Part shown: positions 9,271 through 20,429 of the stretch, one piece after another | Position numbering within the stretch: position 1 is the stretch's first letter | Layout of the letters: each line of letters opens with the position of its first letter | Assembly: GCA_017408905.1 (NCBI GenBank) | Contig: JAFQTU010000016.1 | Span: 520 to 64,519 of the forward strand | From: Mailhella sp. | GTDB taxonomy: Bacteria; Desulfobacterota; Desulfovibrionia; Desulfovibrionales; Desulfovibrionaceae | Direction of reading: 5' to 3' | DNA length: 64,000 nt | Translations under genes and position numbers: made by a program | Notes under the pieces: model-generated | Seen by the model: only the letters and a program-made list of their open reading frames with translations | Told to the model about the DNA's origin: nothing | The model's database searches: none

Positions 9271-9948
9271 TCACAATTCCTTATGGTGGCCATGCCGCCG
9301 ACCCCTGTGCCGCCGCCCATGCGGGCCGCACGGATGCTCGTGATGACCGCCGCCGTGCCTGTGCTCGCGCCCGAAGCCATGACTGAGCAGGGCCTCGTGC
9401 TCATGGCTATGCCCGCCCTGCTCCGCTCCGCCGAAAAGGCGGCGTGCCTCGTGCTCGTCCAGAAGGTCGAGCACGTCTTCCCCGGCGGCGAAGACATAGC
9501 TCACACCGGGCACGGCATGGGTGTCCATGACGGAAGCCGCCACGTTCTTGTCGGTGGAGACCGGCACGAAGACCGTGCTCCCCTTGACCACGGCGGGCCA
9601 GTGCTGGTTGCCCAGCGCGTGGCCGAGGCGCACGGAGGAAGCGAGCGCATCTTCCGCAGGCAGGGAGGCAAGGCCGGACATATCGAGCAGCATGACGGGG
9701 CAGAGCCTGATGCGGCAGACCACGGCACAGCGCTCTTCTTCGTTCCAGTCGAGGATATCGCCGTTTCGCAGGCTGTGGCCGCGCTCCAGAGCCACCGCCA
9801 TAGGCCGTCCGCCTGCGGTCGCCTTGCGGAAACGATTCTTCTGCGCATCCCACTGACTGAGCTCCAGCCAGTCTATCCGCGCCCCTTCCAGCCGCCTCTT
9901 CCAGTCCGCATCGGCGGCATTGCCAAGAACAGAATCGAAAATCTCCAT
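9271..9948 (-). CDS. ureE: Urease nickel chaperone UreE with His-rich C-terminal tail
   Basis: KNRFRK, LRNGDIL, GHALGNQHWP; His-rich tail. Confidence 0.92.
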   Translation of the reverse strand: MEIFDSVLGNAADADWKRRLEGARIDWLELSQWDAQKNRFRKATAGGRPMAVALERGHSLRNGDILDWNEEERCAVVCRIRLCPVMLLDMSGLASLPAEDALASSVRLGHALGNQHWPAVVKGSTVFVPVSTDKNVAASVMDTHAVPGVSYVFAAGEDVLDLLDEHEARRLFGGAEQGGHSHEHEALLSHGFGREHRHGGGHHEHPCGPHGRRHRGRRHGHHKEL

Positions 9949-9959
9949 CGAAAAACCGC

Positions 9960-11678
9960 CTAGCTGAAGAAGTAGAGCTGACCGAGCGCCACGCTCCTGG
10001 CCGGGGGAACAGTGGCGTGCACACCGTCCACGGTAACGGCAAAGGTCTCGGGATCGACCTCCACCTTGGGCAGGAAGGCGTTACGCACCATGCAGTGCTT
10101 GGAAAGCGTGCGCATACCGCGCACGGCTTCCACACGGCTCCGAAGGCCCAGCTTCTCGCCAACGCCCAGTTCCTTGGCCGCCTGCGACACGAAGATGATG
10201 CGCCCGGTCTGCCGCCTGAGGCCGATGCCGCCGAACATGGGGCGGTAGATGACCGGCTGGGGCGTAGGCAGGGAGGCGTTGGGGTCGCCCATGACGGACC
10301 ATGCTATCATGCCGCCCTTAAGCACCATCTGGGGTTTGGCTCCGAAGAAGCGCGGATCCCAGAGCACGAGGTCGGCCACCTTGCCCTTCTCCACCGAACC
10401 GATGAGATGGGACACGCCCTGAATAATGGCCGGGTTGATGGTCACCTTGGCCACGTAGCGGAGCACGCGGAAATTGTCGTGCCTATCGCAGTCTTCCGGC
10501 AGAGGGCCGCGAGCCGCCTTCATGGCGCTGGCCGTCTGCACGGCGCGGAGCCAGTTCTCGCCCACGCGGCCCATAGCCTGCGAATCGCTGGAGAAGCAGG
10601 AGATAGCGCCCATGTCGTGCAGGACGTTCTCGGCGGCAATGGTCTCGGCCCTCACGCGGCTCTCGGCAAAGGAGACGTCCGAAGGGACATTGTGGTTCAG
10701 GTTATGGCAGACCATGATCATGTCGAAGAGCTCGGCCTGCGAATTGACGCCGAAGGGCAGGGTCGGGTTGGTGGAGCTGGGCAGGACGTTGGGGTAGGAA
10801 ACAGCCTTGATGATATCCGGGGCATGGCCGCCGCCCGCGCCTTCGGTGTGATAGGTGTGGATGACGCGGCCTTCCATAGCGGCGATGGTGTCTTCCACGT
10901 AGCCCGCTTCGTTCAGGGTATCGGTATGAATGGAGACCTGCACGTCCATCTCGTCGGCCACGGCAAGGGCATGGCGTATCATGGAAGGCATGGCGCCCCA
11001 GTCTTCATGGATCTTGAAGCCGCAGGCCCCGGCCTCTATCTGCTCGCGCAGGGGCAGGGGGGCGCTGGCATGGCCCTTGGCCAGAAGGCCCACGTTCACG
11101 GGCATGGCTTCCACGGCTTCGAGCATACGGTGTATGTTCCATTCCCCGGGGGTGATGGTCGTGCCGTTCGTGCCGTCCGTAGGGCCTACGCCGCCGCCGA
11201 AGAACGTGGTCACGCCGTTGGAAATGGCGGCCTCGCCCTGCTGGGGGGAAATGAAGTGGACGTGCGAATCGATGCCGCCGGCCGTAAGGATGAGGTGCTC
11301 GCCGGAAATGGCGTCCGTGGCGTTGCCCACTACGAGTTCCGGGCTCACGCCGTCCATGACGGCAGGATTGCCCGCCTTGCCTATGCCCGCTATCATGCCG
11401 TCGCGTATGCCCACGTCGGCCTTGATGACGCCCTGCACGGCGTCCACGATGGTCACGTTGGTGATGACGATATCCAGCACGCCGCTGTCGCGCCCGGTGC
11501 GGGAATCGCCGCCCATACCGGCGCGAAGGGTCTTGCCGCCGCCGTAGATGGACTCGTCGCCGTAGCCGCGCAGGTCCTTTTCGATTTCCACGTAAAGGTC
11601 GGTGTCGCCAAGGCGGATGCGGTCCCCCACGGTGGGGCCGAACAGCGAAGAGTATTCTTTTCTTGAGATCTGCGCCAT
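9960..11678 (-). CDS. ureC: Urease subunit alpha
   Basis: Nickel ligands are intact: [40 protein letters not shown]; flap MVCHNL. Confidence 0.99.
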   Translation of the reverse strand: MAQISRKEYSSLFGPTVGDRIRLGDTDLYVEIEKDLRGYGDESIYGGGKTLRAGMGGDSRTGRDSGVLDIVITNVTIVDAVQGVIKADVGIRDGMIAGIGKAGNPAVMDGVSPELVVGNATDAISGEHLILTAGGIDSHVHFISPQQGEAAISNGVTTFFGGGVGPTDGTNGTTITPGEWNIHRMLEAVEAMPVNVGLLAKGHASAPLPLREQIEAGACGFKIHEDWGAMPSMIRHALAVADEMDVQVSIHTDTLNEAGYVEDTIAAMEGRVIHTYHTEGAGGGHAPDIIKAVSYPNVLPSSTNPTLPFGVNSQAELFDMIMVCHNLNHNVPSDVSFAESRVRAETIAAENVLHDMGAISCFSSDSQAMGRVGENWLRAVQTASAMKAARGPLPEDCDRHDNFRVLRYVAKVTINPAIIQGVSHLIGSVEKGKVADLVLWDPRFFGAKPQMVLKGGMIAWSVMGDPNASLPTPQPVIYRPMFGGIGLRRQTGRIIFVSQAAKELGVGEKLGLRSRVEAVRGMRTLSKHCMVRNAFLPKVEVDPETFAVTVDGVHATVPPARSVALGQLYFFS

Positions 11679-11687
11679 GCGCCCTCC

Positions 11688-12080
11688 CTAGTGACGGACG
11701 TTCTTGAAGCCGAGAGCGTCGGCTCTGGCAATGTTGATGGAGCGGGCATGCCTGTCACCCGTCCACGAATCCACGAGGTCGTTGAAGCCGTACGCGGCGC
11801 GAAGGCCGCCGAACGGCACGAGCTCCACGCTCTTCTCGTCGCCGGGTTCGAAGCGCACCGCCGTGGTGGAGGCGATGTTCAGGCGCATACCGTAGGCCGC
11901 GGCCCGATCGAACTCCAGAGCACGGTTCACCTCGAAGAAATGGAAATGGGAACCTACCTGAATGGGCCTGTCGCCGGTATTGCGCACCTTGATGGTCGTC
12001 ACAGGCCTGCCTTCGTTGAACGAAACCGGGGCTTCGGCATAGATGACGCCGCCCACGGGTATCTTGTCTTTCGTGTCCAA
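11688..12080 (-). CDS. ureB: Urease subunit beta
   Basis: [28 protein letters not shown]...AVRFEPG; TTG start. Confidence 0.97.
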   Translation of the reverse strand: MDTKDKIPVGGVIYAEAPVSFNEGRPVTTIKVRNTGDRPIQVGSHFHFFEVNRALEFDRAAAYGMRLNIASTTAVRFEPGDEKSVELVPFGGLRAAYGFNDLVDSWTGDRHARSINIARADALGFKNVRH

Positions 12081-12142
12081 GCGCGTTTCCTTTTCGCCGC
12101 AGGGTACGGCCTGCGGGCTGATTATGAGGAAGGGGAAAAACG

Positions 12143-12445
12143 TCAGCGTATGGGGTCGTGCACGGTGACAAGGCGGCTGCCGTCCGTGAACACGGCTTCG
12201 AGCTGGACGAAGGGTATCATCTCGGGCACGCCTTCCATGACATCGGCACGGGTGAGCACGCTTCCGGCCAGATGCATGACCTCTTCCACGCTCTTCCCGG
12301 CCCTGGCTTCTTCCAGAGCTTCCGAAGTGATGTAGGCCACGGCCTCGGGGTGATTGAGCCTGAGCCCGCGCCCTTTGCGGCGGCGGGCCACTTCGCCCAG
12401 CGCCAGCACGAGCAGCTTGTCCTTTTCTCGCGGGGTAAGATGCAT
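12143..12445 (-). CDS. ureA: Urease subunit gamma
   Basis: [11 protein letters not shown]...LNHPEA...[15 protein letters not shown]; AAGGAGG SD. Confidence 0.98.
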   Translation of the reverse strand: MHLTPREKDKLLVLALGEVARRRKGRGLRLNHPEAVAYITSEALEEARAGKSVEEVMHLAGSVLTRADVMEGVPEMIPFVQLEAVFTDGSRLVTVHDPIR

Positions 12446-12655
12446 GATGCCTCCTTTTCTCTGGCGGCCCTGCCGAACCGCCCTGATATGAAGGAAGCCT
12501 AGCCCCGCTCGCATGAGAGGGAAATTGTAATGATGACGGGCACTTTGATAATCATAGCAAAAGCCCCTCCGCCGCTTTTCCCGGCAGAGAGGCTTCGCAG
12601 TTGACGCTTCTGCCCTGCGGACGTAAAACAGGGGCAAACGCAAAGGCAGGTAGAT

Positions 12656-13684
12656 ATGGCAAGGTATTCAGCCACGATCAGCAACGAGCACATGGTTGCC
12701 GTACGCTTCAGCTCCATGGGCGACGTCGCGCTCACCACGGGCGTCCTCCTCGACTGGCACAAGAAGCACGGGACCATGTTCACGGTCGTCACCAAGGAAG
12801 CGTTCGAGCCGCTTTTCGAGAACCACCCGGCGGTGCAGAACGTCATCGGCTGTGACGACAACGACCTGCGCGGTCAGGCCCAGCCCATACTTTTCCGCCG
12901 CATCATGGAGCTGTACAAGGATTCGCCCCTGCTCGACCTGCACCGCAATCTCCGCACCGGCATGATGGCCCGCATCTGGCGCGACGCTATCCTTATCTAT
13001 AAGAAGATGTCCTTTGCCCGGAGGATATTCCTGTGGAGCAAGGGGCGCTTTTTCGGCGAAGCCCTGCGCAGGTACAACGTGCCCCAGCGCTATGCCATCG
13101 GGCTGTATGACGAGGCCGACGTGCCCGGCCCGGAAGAACTGCGGCCCTGCGTCTTCCTTTCCGAGGCGGAAAAAAGCTGGGCGGCGGAACAGGTAGCGGC
13201 GTTGCGCGAGGCCGGGAAGCCCTTTGTGGCCCTTCACCCCTTTGCCACGCACAGCGCCAAAAGCTGGCCTATGGACGTGTGGATGGAATTTGCCGCCCTG
13301 CTCCGTGAAAACGGCATCCGCTATTTCTGGGTGGGGCGTGGCGAAGGCCTGCCGGAAGGCGAAGCGGAACGCTCCTTCGTGAACGCCACCAGCCTGCGCC
13401 AGCTCTGCGCCCTTCTCGATGCGGCCGACGTGCTCGTCACGGGCGATTCCGGCCCCATGCACCTCGCCACCGCCGTACAGACGCCCGCCCTTGCCATGTT
13501 CGGCCCTACCTGCCGCGAATGGGGCTTCTTCCCCTCCGGCGAAAAGGATCGCGTCATCCAGCTCGATATGCCCTGCCGCCCCTGCTCGCTCCACGGTTCC
13601 GGCGTATGCCCCAAGGGCAACGCCTGCATCACCGGGATAGCGCCCGAGCGCATCCTTGCCGAACTGCAGGATATGCTTGCCTGA
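12656..13684 (+). CDS. Glycosyltransferase family 9 (LPS heptosyltransferase-like)
   Basis: [27 protein letters not shown] and FGPT motifs. Confidence 0.88.
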   Translation: MARYSATISNEHMVAVRFSSMGDVALTTGVLLDWHKKHGTMFTVVTKEAFEPLFENHPAVQNVIGCDDNDLRGQAQPILFRRIMELYKDSPLLDLHRNLRTGMMARIWRDAILIYKKMSFARRIFLWSKGRFFGEALRRYNVPQRYAIGLYDEADVPGPEELRPCVFLSEAEKSWAAEQVAALREAGKPFVALHPFATHSAKSWPMDVWMEFAALLRENGIRYFWVGRGEGLPEGEAERSFVNATSLRQLCALLDAADVLVTGDSGPMHLATAVQTPALAMFGPTCREWGFFPSGEKDRVIQLDMPCRPCSLHGSGVCPKGNACITGIAPERILAELQDMLA

Positions 13685-13726
13685 TCACGATACCATGCCT
13701 TCTCCGCTCAACGGGGAAGGCATTTT

Positions 13727-16420
13727 TCATGGGCCGGGCCGCTCCATGGCATAGCGCCCGCGTTCAAACTTCCAGTGCATGCTGAACGTGCCGAGTTCGG
13801 ACGTGCTCAACAGAGGTATGGAGTTCCGCGCCATCTCCTCGCGCACGATGCGGCTGGGAAAGCCGAAATGGCTGAACGGCGCGGCGGACGCCAGCGCCAC
13901 ACGAGGGGCCACCTTGCGGTAAAACGCCTTCTGGAAGCTGGAGGCCGCGCCATGATGCGGCAGGACCAGCACCTCCGCCGCCAGCTCCTGACCGCTGTGG
14001 GCAAGCTCCTTCAAGGAGGCGGAAAGCATATCGCCGCAAAGAAGCGCCAGCCCCTGCCCCTTATGCGAAAGGCGCAGAGCTAGAGACGCACTGTTGGACG
14101 AAAGGTCTTTTTCCGAAGGGAGGGGCAGGCCCTCCGGCAAGGCTGGGGCCAGCACTTCCAGCTTCAGGCCCTCGTTCAGTTCCAGAGTCTCGCCCTGCCG
14201 CAGTATCCGTTCCGGGATGCCGCGTGCTCTGGCCCGTTCGCGCAGGGCCAGGCCCTCTCCGCTGTCGGCCCGATGCGCCGAAATAGCCGACCAGTACAGC
14301 GCTCCCACCTGAAAATGCTCCAGTATCCAGCGAAGGCCGCGGGCATGGTCCACATCGCAGTGGCTGACGATGACGGCATCGAGGCGGGGCAGGCGCCCTT
14401 CTGTCAGCCTTGGCGCAACGATGCTCCTGCCGCAATCGAAAAACGGGGACGTACTGCCGCCGCCATCCACAAGGATGCGGCCTCCCGGGTATTCCAGCAG
14501 AACGGCCTGCCCCGCGCCGACATCTATCATGGTGAGCGAAACGCGCTTCTCCAGCCACGCGCGCCCGTCATCGAAACAGCGCGGCACGAATCCCAGCAGG
14601 AAGATGGCCGCACCGAAGGCAAGGAGGCGCTTCAGCGATGCGCCCACCGCCCTGCCGTCCAGACGAGCCTGCGCCATGAACGCCGCTGCGGCAAGAACAG
14701 CACCATAGCCCAGTGCGCTGAGAGGGGAAGGACGGAAGCTCTGCACGAAGGGCAGGCCGCCTATAGAGTCCAGCTTTTCCAGCAGGGCAAGCATCAGGTC
14801 GGCAGGCCACGCGGCGAGCGTGAACAAGAGGGACGCCAGAGACGGAACGTCCATGACGGCCAGCAGAAGACCGCAGGCGGCCAGAGGCAGAGTGAGGAAC
14901 GTCAGCGGCGGAAGCCAGACAAGGTTCAGCCAGAACTGCGGGCTCACCACGCCGAAATTCATGACAAGGATGGGAAGGACGGCGGCCTGTGCGGCAAGGG
15001 AAACGAGGAGGAGCGATGCGGCCGCGCGGAGCAGTTTCTTCGCGGCCCAGCGCCAGAACGCTTCCGTACGGCCGACGGCGAGGCGCGCATCAAGGGCCGA
15101 CAATAGCGGCATACTGCCCATGATGCCGGCCACGGCCAGCACGGAAAGCTGGACGGAGAGCTCAAACACGGCTGGCGGCCATGCAAGGAAGAGCAGGAAA
15201 ACGGCGGCGAAAAGGGCGTCGAGCGGGGCGGACGCCCTGCGCAGGCAAAGGAAAACAGCTCCCGCCAGCATCATGAGGGCGGCCCGTACCAGCGAAAACG
15301 GCGCTCCGCCAAGGAAGAGGTAGGCCAGCGCAAAGGGCAGGCTGGCATAGGCAAGGAGCGTCCGGCGCGGACAGCGCTGGAAAACGCGGGGAGCGAACAG
15401 CGACAGCACGGCCACGCTGAACACGGCGAACAGGGCCGCCAAAGCCAGATGCTGGCCGGAAAGCGCCAGAGAATGGACGAGCCCGGCCCGGGTGAAAAGG
15501 TCGATGGTATGCGGGCTGAGTACGGAGCGATCCCCGAATAGCAGTGCCGCAAGCATCGCCGCGCCCTGCGAAAACGCCGCGCCAGCCCCTTGGGCCGAGG
15601 CCATGCCTTCAGCGCATCCTTGGTGCGAAGACAGCCCCTTCCCAAGAAGGGCCATCATGGCACTGCGCCACGACTCCCGCATGGCGGCAGAGGCATAAGT
15701 CCAGCCTTTTCCCGCCTCAAAGCGCAGAAAAAGTACCTCGCCCCTGCTTCACACGAGGCGGGCGTTATGCCACACTTCCCTTGCGGCCCAGTACCTTCCG
15801 AAGCCGTTTTCCCCGGCATTCCTGCTCCCGCCCGAGGGAAACAGCCTCAGGAGCGCCGTCACCTTCTGCCCGGGAAGAGGTCTTCCGCAGTGCTCCATCT
15901 GCCGGGAGTCCAAGGTCAGCGACACAAGGCCCGGAAGAACGGCCCTGTCGTCGCGGAACAGGCCTCCGGCGTAGCTCTTCTTCCCGCTTTCCGCATGGGC
16001 GAAGCGCGGCGCGGCCATAGCCTTGCGCATCCTTTCCCGGCGCTCCGGGGCCACATCCGCCGGGATATCGGCCTGTTTCAGCCCACGGAGGAGAAGACGC
16101 ACCCTGCCGCCGGGAAGCCCCGAGGCCGAGTCCACCAGCCCTTCGACGAGCAGAGCCTGCCGAGGCACGGCGGCCCACGAAGGCTTGTCCGGGACTTCCG
16201 GCAGGGCAAGAACGACGGCGACCGCGCCGACAAGGAAGGCCGCCAGCAGTTTCAGCCCGCGCCGGACAGCATCCCCGCCCCTTCCCCTTTCAGGAACGAA
16301 CACGAGCAGGACGAGAAGCGCCGCGCCCACGGAAGGAGCGCGCACGGCGCAGGCCCCTGCGATGAGGGACAGTATCAGCGTCTGCCGGAAAAGGAGGGAA
16401 GGGAGATAGCGGCGGGGCAT
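13727..16420 (-). pseudogene. comEC: ComEC/Rec2 competence channel interrupted by an in-frame TGA at 15751-15749
   Basis: ORFs 15749-16420 and 13727-15682 share one frame, separated only by the TGA. ComEC motifs: GLVHSLALSGQH, DVGAGQA, SHCDVDHARG, PHHG. Confidence 0.85.
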
Positions 16421-16462
16421 ACCAACGAAAAGGCGCCGGTACGTTTCGCACCGGCGCGGTCA

Positions 16463-17725
16463 TCAGTCGTCTTCCTTGATGCGCTTGATCTTCGCGCCCA
16501 CAGCGGAAAGCTTTTCCGCAAGGTGCTCGTAGCCTCTGTCCACATGGTAGATGCGCTGGACGCGCGTCTCGCCTTCGGCGGCAAGGGCGGCCAGCACCAG
16601 AGCCGCACCGGCGCGAAGGTCGGAAGCCATGACGGGCGCACCCGTCAGCCTGCGCCCGCCGCGCACCATGGCGGAAGAGCCGCTCACATGGATATCGGCC
16701 CCCATGCGGACAAGTTCCTGAACGTGCATGAAGCGGTTCTCGAAGATATTTTCCTGCATGAGGCTGCTGCCCTCGGCACAGCACATGAGCACCATGAACT
16801 GCGCCTGCATATCCGTGGGGAAGCCCGGATGCGGGCGGGTGTTCACGTCCACGCCCTTGAGGCCGCTCCCGCCGCAGCGGGCCAGAACGCCTTCGGGCGT
16901 CTCTTCGATGACCATGCCAGCCGAGCGGAGCTTGTCCACCACGGCGGACATATCGTCCACAGGGCAGTTCTTGAGGAGCAGTTCACCGCCGGTAACGCCA
17001 GCCGCGATGAGGAACGTCCCGGCCTCGATACGGTCGGGCATGACGGCATATTCACAGCCATGCAGGCGCTCCACGCCCTGCACGCGGATGACCGTCGTGC
17101 CCTGCCCTTCGATGCGCGCCCCGCAGGCATTGAGGAAATTGGCAAGGTCCACGATCTCCGGCTCACGGGCCACGTTCTCAAGCACGGTCTCGCCTTCGGC
17201 AAGGCAGGCCGCCATAAGCACGTTCTCCGTACCGCCCACGGTGGGGAAATCGAAGCGAATATGCGCGCCCTTCAGGCCTTCCGGGCACTGGCCGTAAATA
17301 TAGCCGTGGTCGAGGTCGAACTTCGCGCCCATCTTTTCCAAGGCGGAAAGGTGCTGGTCCACCGGGCGCGCACCAATGGCGCATCCGCCCGGAAGGGAGA
17401 CCTTGGCCTTGCGCTTGCGGGCCAGCAGAGGACCGAGGCAGAGCACGGAAGCGCGCATGGTCTTCACAAGGTCGTACGGGGCTTCGATGCCCATGTCGCC
17501 GTTCTTCACCGCAACGCGGCCTTCTTCGAACACGGCTTCGCGCCCCAGTATGTTGAGCAGCTTGATGGTGGTCTTCACGTCCCTGAGGTCGGGCACGTTG
17601 GTGAACACCACGTCATCGTCCACGGCGATGGCCGCCATGATGATAGGCAGGGCGGCGTTCTTGGAACCGCTAACCGTGATACTGCCTTTAAGGGGCGTGC
17701 CGCCTTCTATGAGAAAACTGTCCAA
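16463..17725 (-). CDS. murA: UDP-N-acetylglucosamine 1-carboxyvinyltransferase
   Basis: [46 protein letters not shown] start at 17725 with GGAGG SD. Confidence 0.98.
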   Translation of the reverse strand: MDSFLIEGGTPLKGSITVSGSKNAALPIIMAAIAVDDDVVFTNVPDLRDVKTTIKLLNILGREAVFEEGRVAVKNGDMGIEAPYDLVKTMRASVLCLGPLLARKRKAKVSLPGGCAIGARPVDQHLSALEKMGAKFDLDHGYIYGQCPEGLKGAHIRFDFPTVGGTENVLMAACLAEGETVLENVAREPEIVDLANFLNACGARIEGQGTTVIRVQGVERLHGCEYAVMPDRIEAGTFLIAAGVTGGELLLKNCPVDDMSAVVDKLRSAGMVIEETPEGVLARCGGSGLKGVDVNTRPHPGFPTDMQAQFMVLMCCAEGSSLMQENIFENRFMHVQELVRMGADIHVSGSSAMVRGGRRLTGAPVMASDLRAGAALVLAALAAEGETRVQRIYHVDRGYEHLAEKLSAVGAKIKRIKEDD

Positions 17726-17821
17726 ATCTTCCTCCAGACTGCCGTATCGGCAGAAAATCGAGGGTGCCTGCAAAAAATGCTTGACCATTCCCTCGGAATA
17801 GACTAATTACCACTCCTGCGT

Positions 17822-17898
17822 GGCGAATGTAGCTCAGTTGGCAGAGCACCTGGTTGTGGCCCAGGGGGTCGTCGGTTCAACCCCGGTCATTCGCCCCA
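17822..17898 (+). tRNA. tRNA-His (GTG), with encoded G-1
   Basis: G-GCGAATG...CATTCGC-C-CCA; anticodon arm CCTGG-TTGTGGC-CCAGG. Confidence 0.97.
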
Positions 17899-17906
17899 TA
17901 TTTCCT

Positions 17907-17934
17907 GCCCCGGTATTGCACCGGGGCTTTTTTT
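17907..17934 (+). terminator. Intrinsic terminator after tRNA-His
   Basis: GCCCCGGT-ATTGC-ACCGGGGC followed by T7. Confidence 0.85.
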
Positions 17935-17991
17935 GTACCCTTTTTCCAGAGCGGGAAAAACAAGCCGCATTGCGCTTCCCCTTCCCCGCTT

Positions 17992-18783
17992 CTACAGTTC
18001 CAGCAGAAGCCCGACAGGGCAGTGGTCGGAACCATAGACATCGTTCTCTATCCACGCATCGCGGATATTGTTCCGCAGTTCCGCCGAGGCGAAGAAATAG
18101 TCCAGTCGCCAGCCGATGTTCCTCTCGCGCGCCCGGGTCTTGTACGACCACCAGCTATAGGCTCCCGTCACGTCGCCGTGCACATGGCGGAAGGTATCCA
18201 CGTAGCCAGCATCCACAAAGCGGTCCATCCACGCGCGCTCTTCCGGCAGAAAGCCCGTGTTGAACCCGTTTTCCTTCGGGCGCGCAAGGTCTATCTCCCG
18301 GTGCGAGATATTGAAGTCGCCGCAGACCACGATGGGCTTCTCGGCCCTGAGCTCTTCGGCGTATTCCAGAAACGCGTCGAAAAAGCCCATCTTGTAGGGC
18401 ACGCGCTTGAACACGCCCTTGGAAAGCTCTTCGCCGCCGTTGGGGAAATAGATGTTGAAGAAGTGCAGTTCGGGGAACTCAAGGTGCACCACACGGCCTT
18501 CGCCGTGGAAGTCCGGGTCGGGCAGTTCATGCTCCACATTCAGGGGCTGGATGCGGCTGAACACGGCCGTGCCGGAATAGCCCTTCTTCACCGTGGAGGC
18601 CGACCACCACGAATGCCAGCCTTCAGGCTCGCGCTGTTCCGCAGGTATCTGGTCGGGCGAGGCCTTGGTTTCCTGAAGGCCCACCACGTCGGCCTGAGTT
18701 CGGGCGAACCACTCCCAGTCCCCTTTCCTGCTCACGGCGCGGAAGCCGTTCACGTTCCACGAGGCAAATCGCATAAGTGCCAT
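17992..18783 (-). CDS. xth: Exodeoxyribonuclease III
   Basis: SWNVNGFR, LQETK, GDFNI, WRLDY, SDHCP. Confidence 0.96.
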   Translation of the reverse strand: MALMRFASWNVNGFRAVSRKGDWEWFARTQADVVGLQETKASPDQIPAEQREPEGWHSWWSASTVKKGYSGTAVFSRIQPLNVEHELPDPDFHGEGRVVHLEFPELHFFNIYFPNGGEELSKGVFKRVPYKMGFFDAFLEYAEELRAEKPIVVCGDFNISHREIDLARPKENGFNTGFLPEERAWMDRFVDAGYVDTFRHVHGDVTGAYSWWSYKTRARERNIGWRLDYFFASAELRNNIRDAWIENDVYGSDHCPVGLLLEL

Positions 18784-18902
18784 AGCTTACATCCTTCTTT
18801 CTGCCCAGAATCTACACCGCCGGGCCTGCAATCTCAAGGGGAAGGAGGCATAAAAAAAAGGCAGACCGCCAGGCCTGCCCTCTTGCTTTCGAAAACGAAC
18901 GA

Positions 18903-19178
18903 TCAGTCGTTGAGATATTCCTTGAGTTCCTTGCCTGCACGGAAGAAGGGCAGGCGCTTAGGGCTGACTTCCACACGGTCGCCAGTGCGGGGGTTACGGC
19001 CTGCGTAGGAACCGTATTCCTTCACCTTGAAACTGCCGAAGCCGCGAATCTCCACACGGTCGCCTTCAAGAAGAGCATTTTTCATGCAGTCCACAAAGGT
19101 ATTGACCACAAGGGTGGCTTCATCGAGAGAAATATTGGACTGCTCTGCGAGGTTCTTGATCAGTTCGCTCTTATTCAT
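18903..19178 (-). CDS. ihfB: Integration host factor subunit beta
   Basis: MNKSELI...RVEIRGFGSF...GRNPRTG...PFFRAGKELKE. Confidence 0.88.
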   Translation of the reverse strand: MNKSELIKNLAEQSNISLDEATLVVNTFVDCMKNALLEGDRVEIRGFGSFKVKEYGSYAGRNPRTGDRVEVSPKRLPFFRAGKELKEYLND

Positions 19179-19316
19179 GACTTCTCCGAAATTCGAGTGC
19201 CCGCCTGAACACTGCGGGAACACGTTGTATGTTCTGTTCAGTACTCGCCGAACAGCACCGCAGGGGTGATAAGCCTGTATAACGCTATTTCCCCTGCGTT
19301 GCAAGGCGCAAAGCCG

Positions 19317-20429
19317 CTATTTCTGCGCCTGTTCGTGCCGGTAAAGCAGGTGATCGCGCAGGAAGGCGTCGATGCGGCCATCGAGCACGGCATCGACATC
19401 TCCCGCTTCACAGCCGGTGCGATGGTCCTTCACCAGACGGTAGGGCTGGAGCGTGTAGGTGCGGATCTGGCTGCCGAAGGCAATGGCGTCCTTGCCAGCA
19501 TAGTCGGCCTGGCGGGCGGCGTCGCGCTTGCTCTGCTCGTAGGCGTAGAGGCGGGCCTTGAGCACGCGCATGGCGCTGTCGCGGTTGCTCTGCTGGGAGC
19601 GCTGGTTCTGGCACTGGGCCACGATGCCCGTGGGGATGTGGGTGATGCGCACGGCGGATTCCGTCTTGTTGACGTGCTGGCCGCCAGCGCCGGAAGCGCG
19701 GTACACGTCGATACGCAGGTCGGCTTCCTTGATCTCGATGCCCTGTATCTCACCGGCATCGGGGATGATATCGACCGACACGAAGGAAGTCTGGCGGCGG
19801 CCGGAAGCGTCGAAGGGAGAAATGCGGATGAGGCGGTGCACTCCCTTTTCGCCGCGCAGGAGGCCGTAGGCGTTGTCGCCCTGGATACGGATGGTCACGG
19901 ACTTGATACCGGCTTCGTCGCCGGGCAGAAGGTCGACGATCTCGGCCTTATAGCCCTGCGATTCGGCCCAGCGCAGGTACATGCGTTCCAGCATCTCGGC
20001 CCAGTCCTGCGCTTCCGTTCCGCCAGCGCCGGGATGGATATCCATGAGGGCGTCCATGTGGTCGGCCTCGCCGCTCAGAAGCACCGTCATTTCCGTCTGC
20101 GTGAGGAGTTTTTCCAGAAGATCGGCCTGCTCGTTCAGGGTCTCAAGGGCATCGTCTTCGCCTTCGCTCACAAAGCCCAGCCATTCCTGCGTTTCCTCGT
20201 AGGCGGTCTGCAGCTCGCGGTAGCGGGCCACTTCCGCTTCCACGCGGCTCTTTTCCTTGAGCACGGGCGTCATCTTTTCCTGGTCGTTCCACGCATCGGG
20301 GCTGGAAATGATCTTTTCGATCTCGTCGAGGCGGGCCTCCTTGGAAGGCAGGTCGAGCCGCCCCCAGAGGGAGTTGAACTGCTCGGCAAGGGCATTGCAG
20401 CGAGCGCGGAGTTCAGCAAGCTGTATCAT
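19317..20429 (-). CDS. prfB: Peptide chain release factor 2, uninterrupted ORF
   Basis: SPF tripeptide (ISPFD), GGQ motif, FGSQIRTY; a single open frame of 370 aa. Confidence 0.97.
   Translation of the reverse strand: MIQLAELRARCNALAEQFNSLWGRLDLPSKEARLDEIEKIISSPDAWNDQEKMTPVLKEKSRVEAEVARYRELQTAYEETQEWLGFVSEGEDDALETLNEQADLLEKLLTQTEMTVLLSGEADHMDALMDIHPGAGGTEAQDWAEMLERMYLRWAESQGYKAEIVDLLPGDEAGIKSVTIRIQGDNAYGLLRGEKGVHRLIRISPFDASGRRQTSFVSVDIIPDAGEIQGIEIKEADLRIDVYRASGAGGQHVNKTESAVRITHIPTGIVAQCQNQRSQQSNRDSAMRVLKARLYAYEQSKRDAARQADYAGKDAIAFGSQIRTYTLQPYRLVKDHRTGCEAGDVDAVLDGRIDAFLRDHLLYRHEQAQK

Noticed and set aside
12560-12580. Sigma54 promoter for the urease operon (GG-N10-GC with TTGC)
   Set aside because: The -24 element (GCGGAGG) is a poor match to TGGCACG, and the spacing could arise by chance in GC-rich DNA.
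15749-15751. Selenocysteine recoding of the comEC TGA
   Set aside because: The position corresponds to a likely Trp, not a catalytic Cys, and no obvious SECIS hairpin follows.
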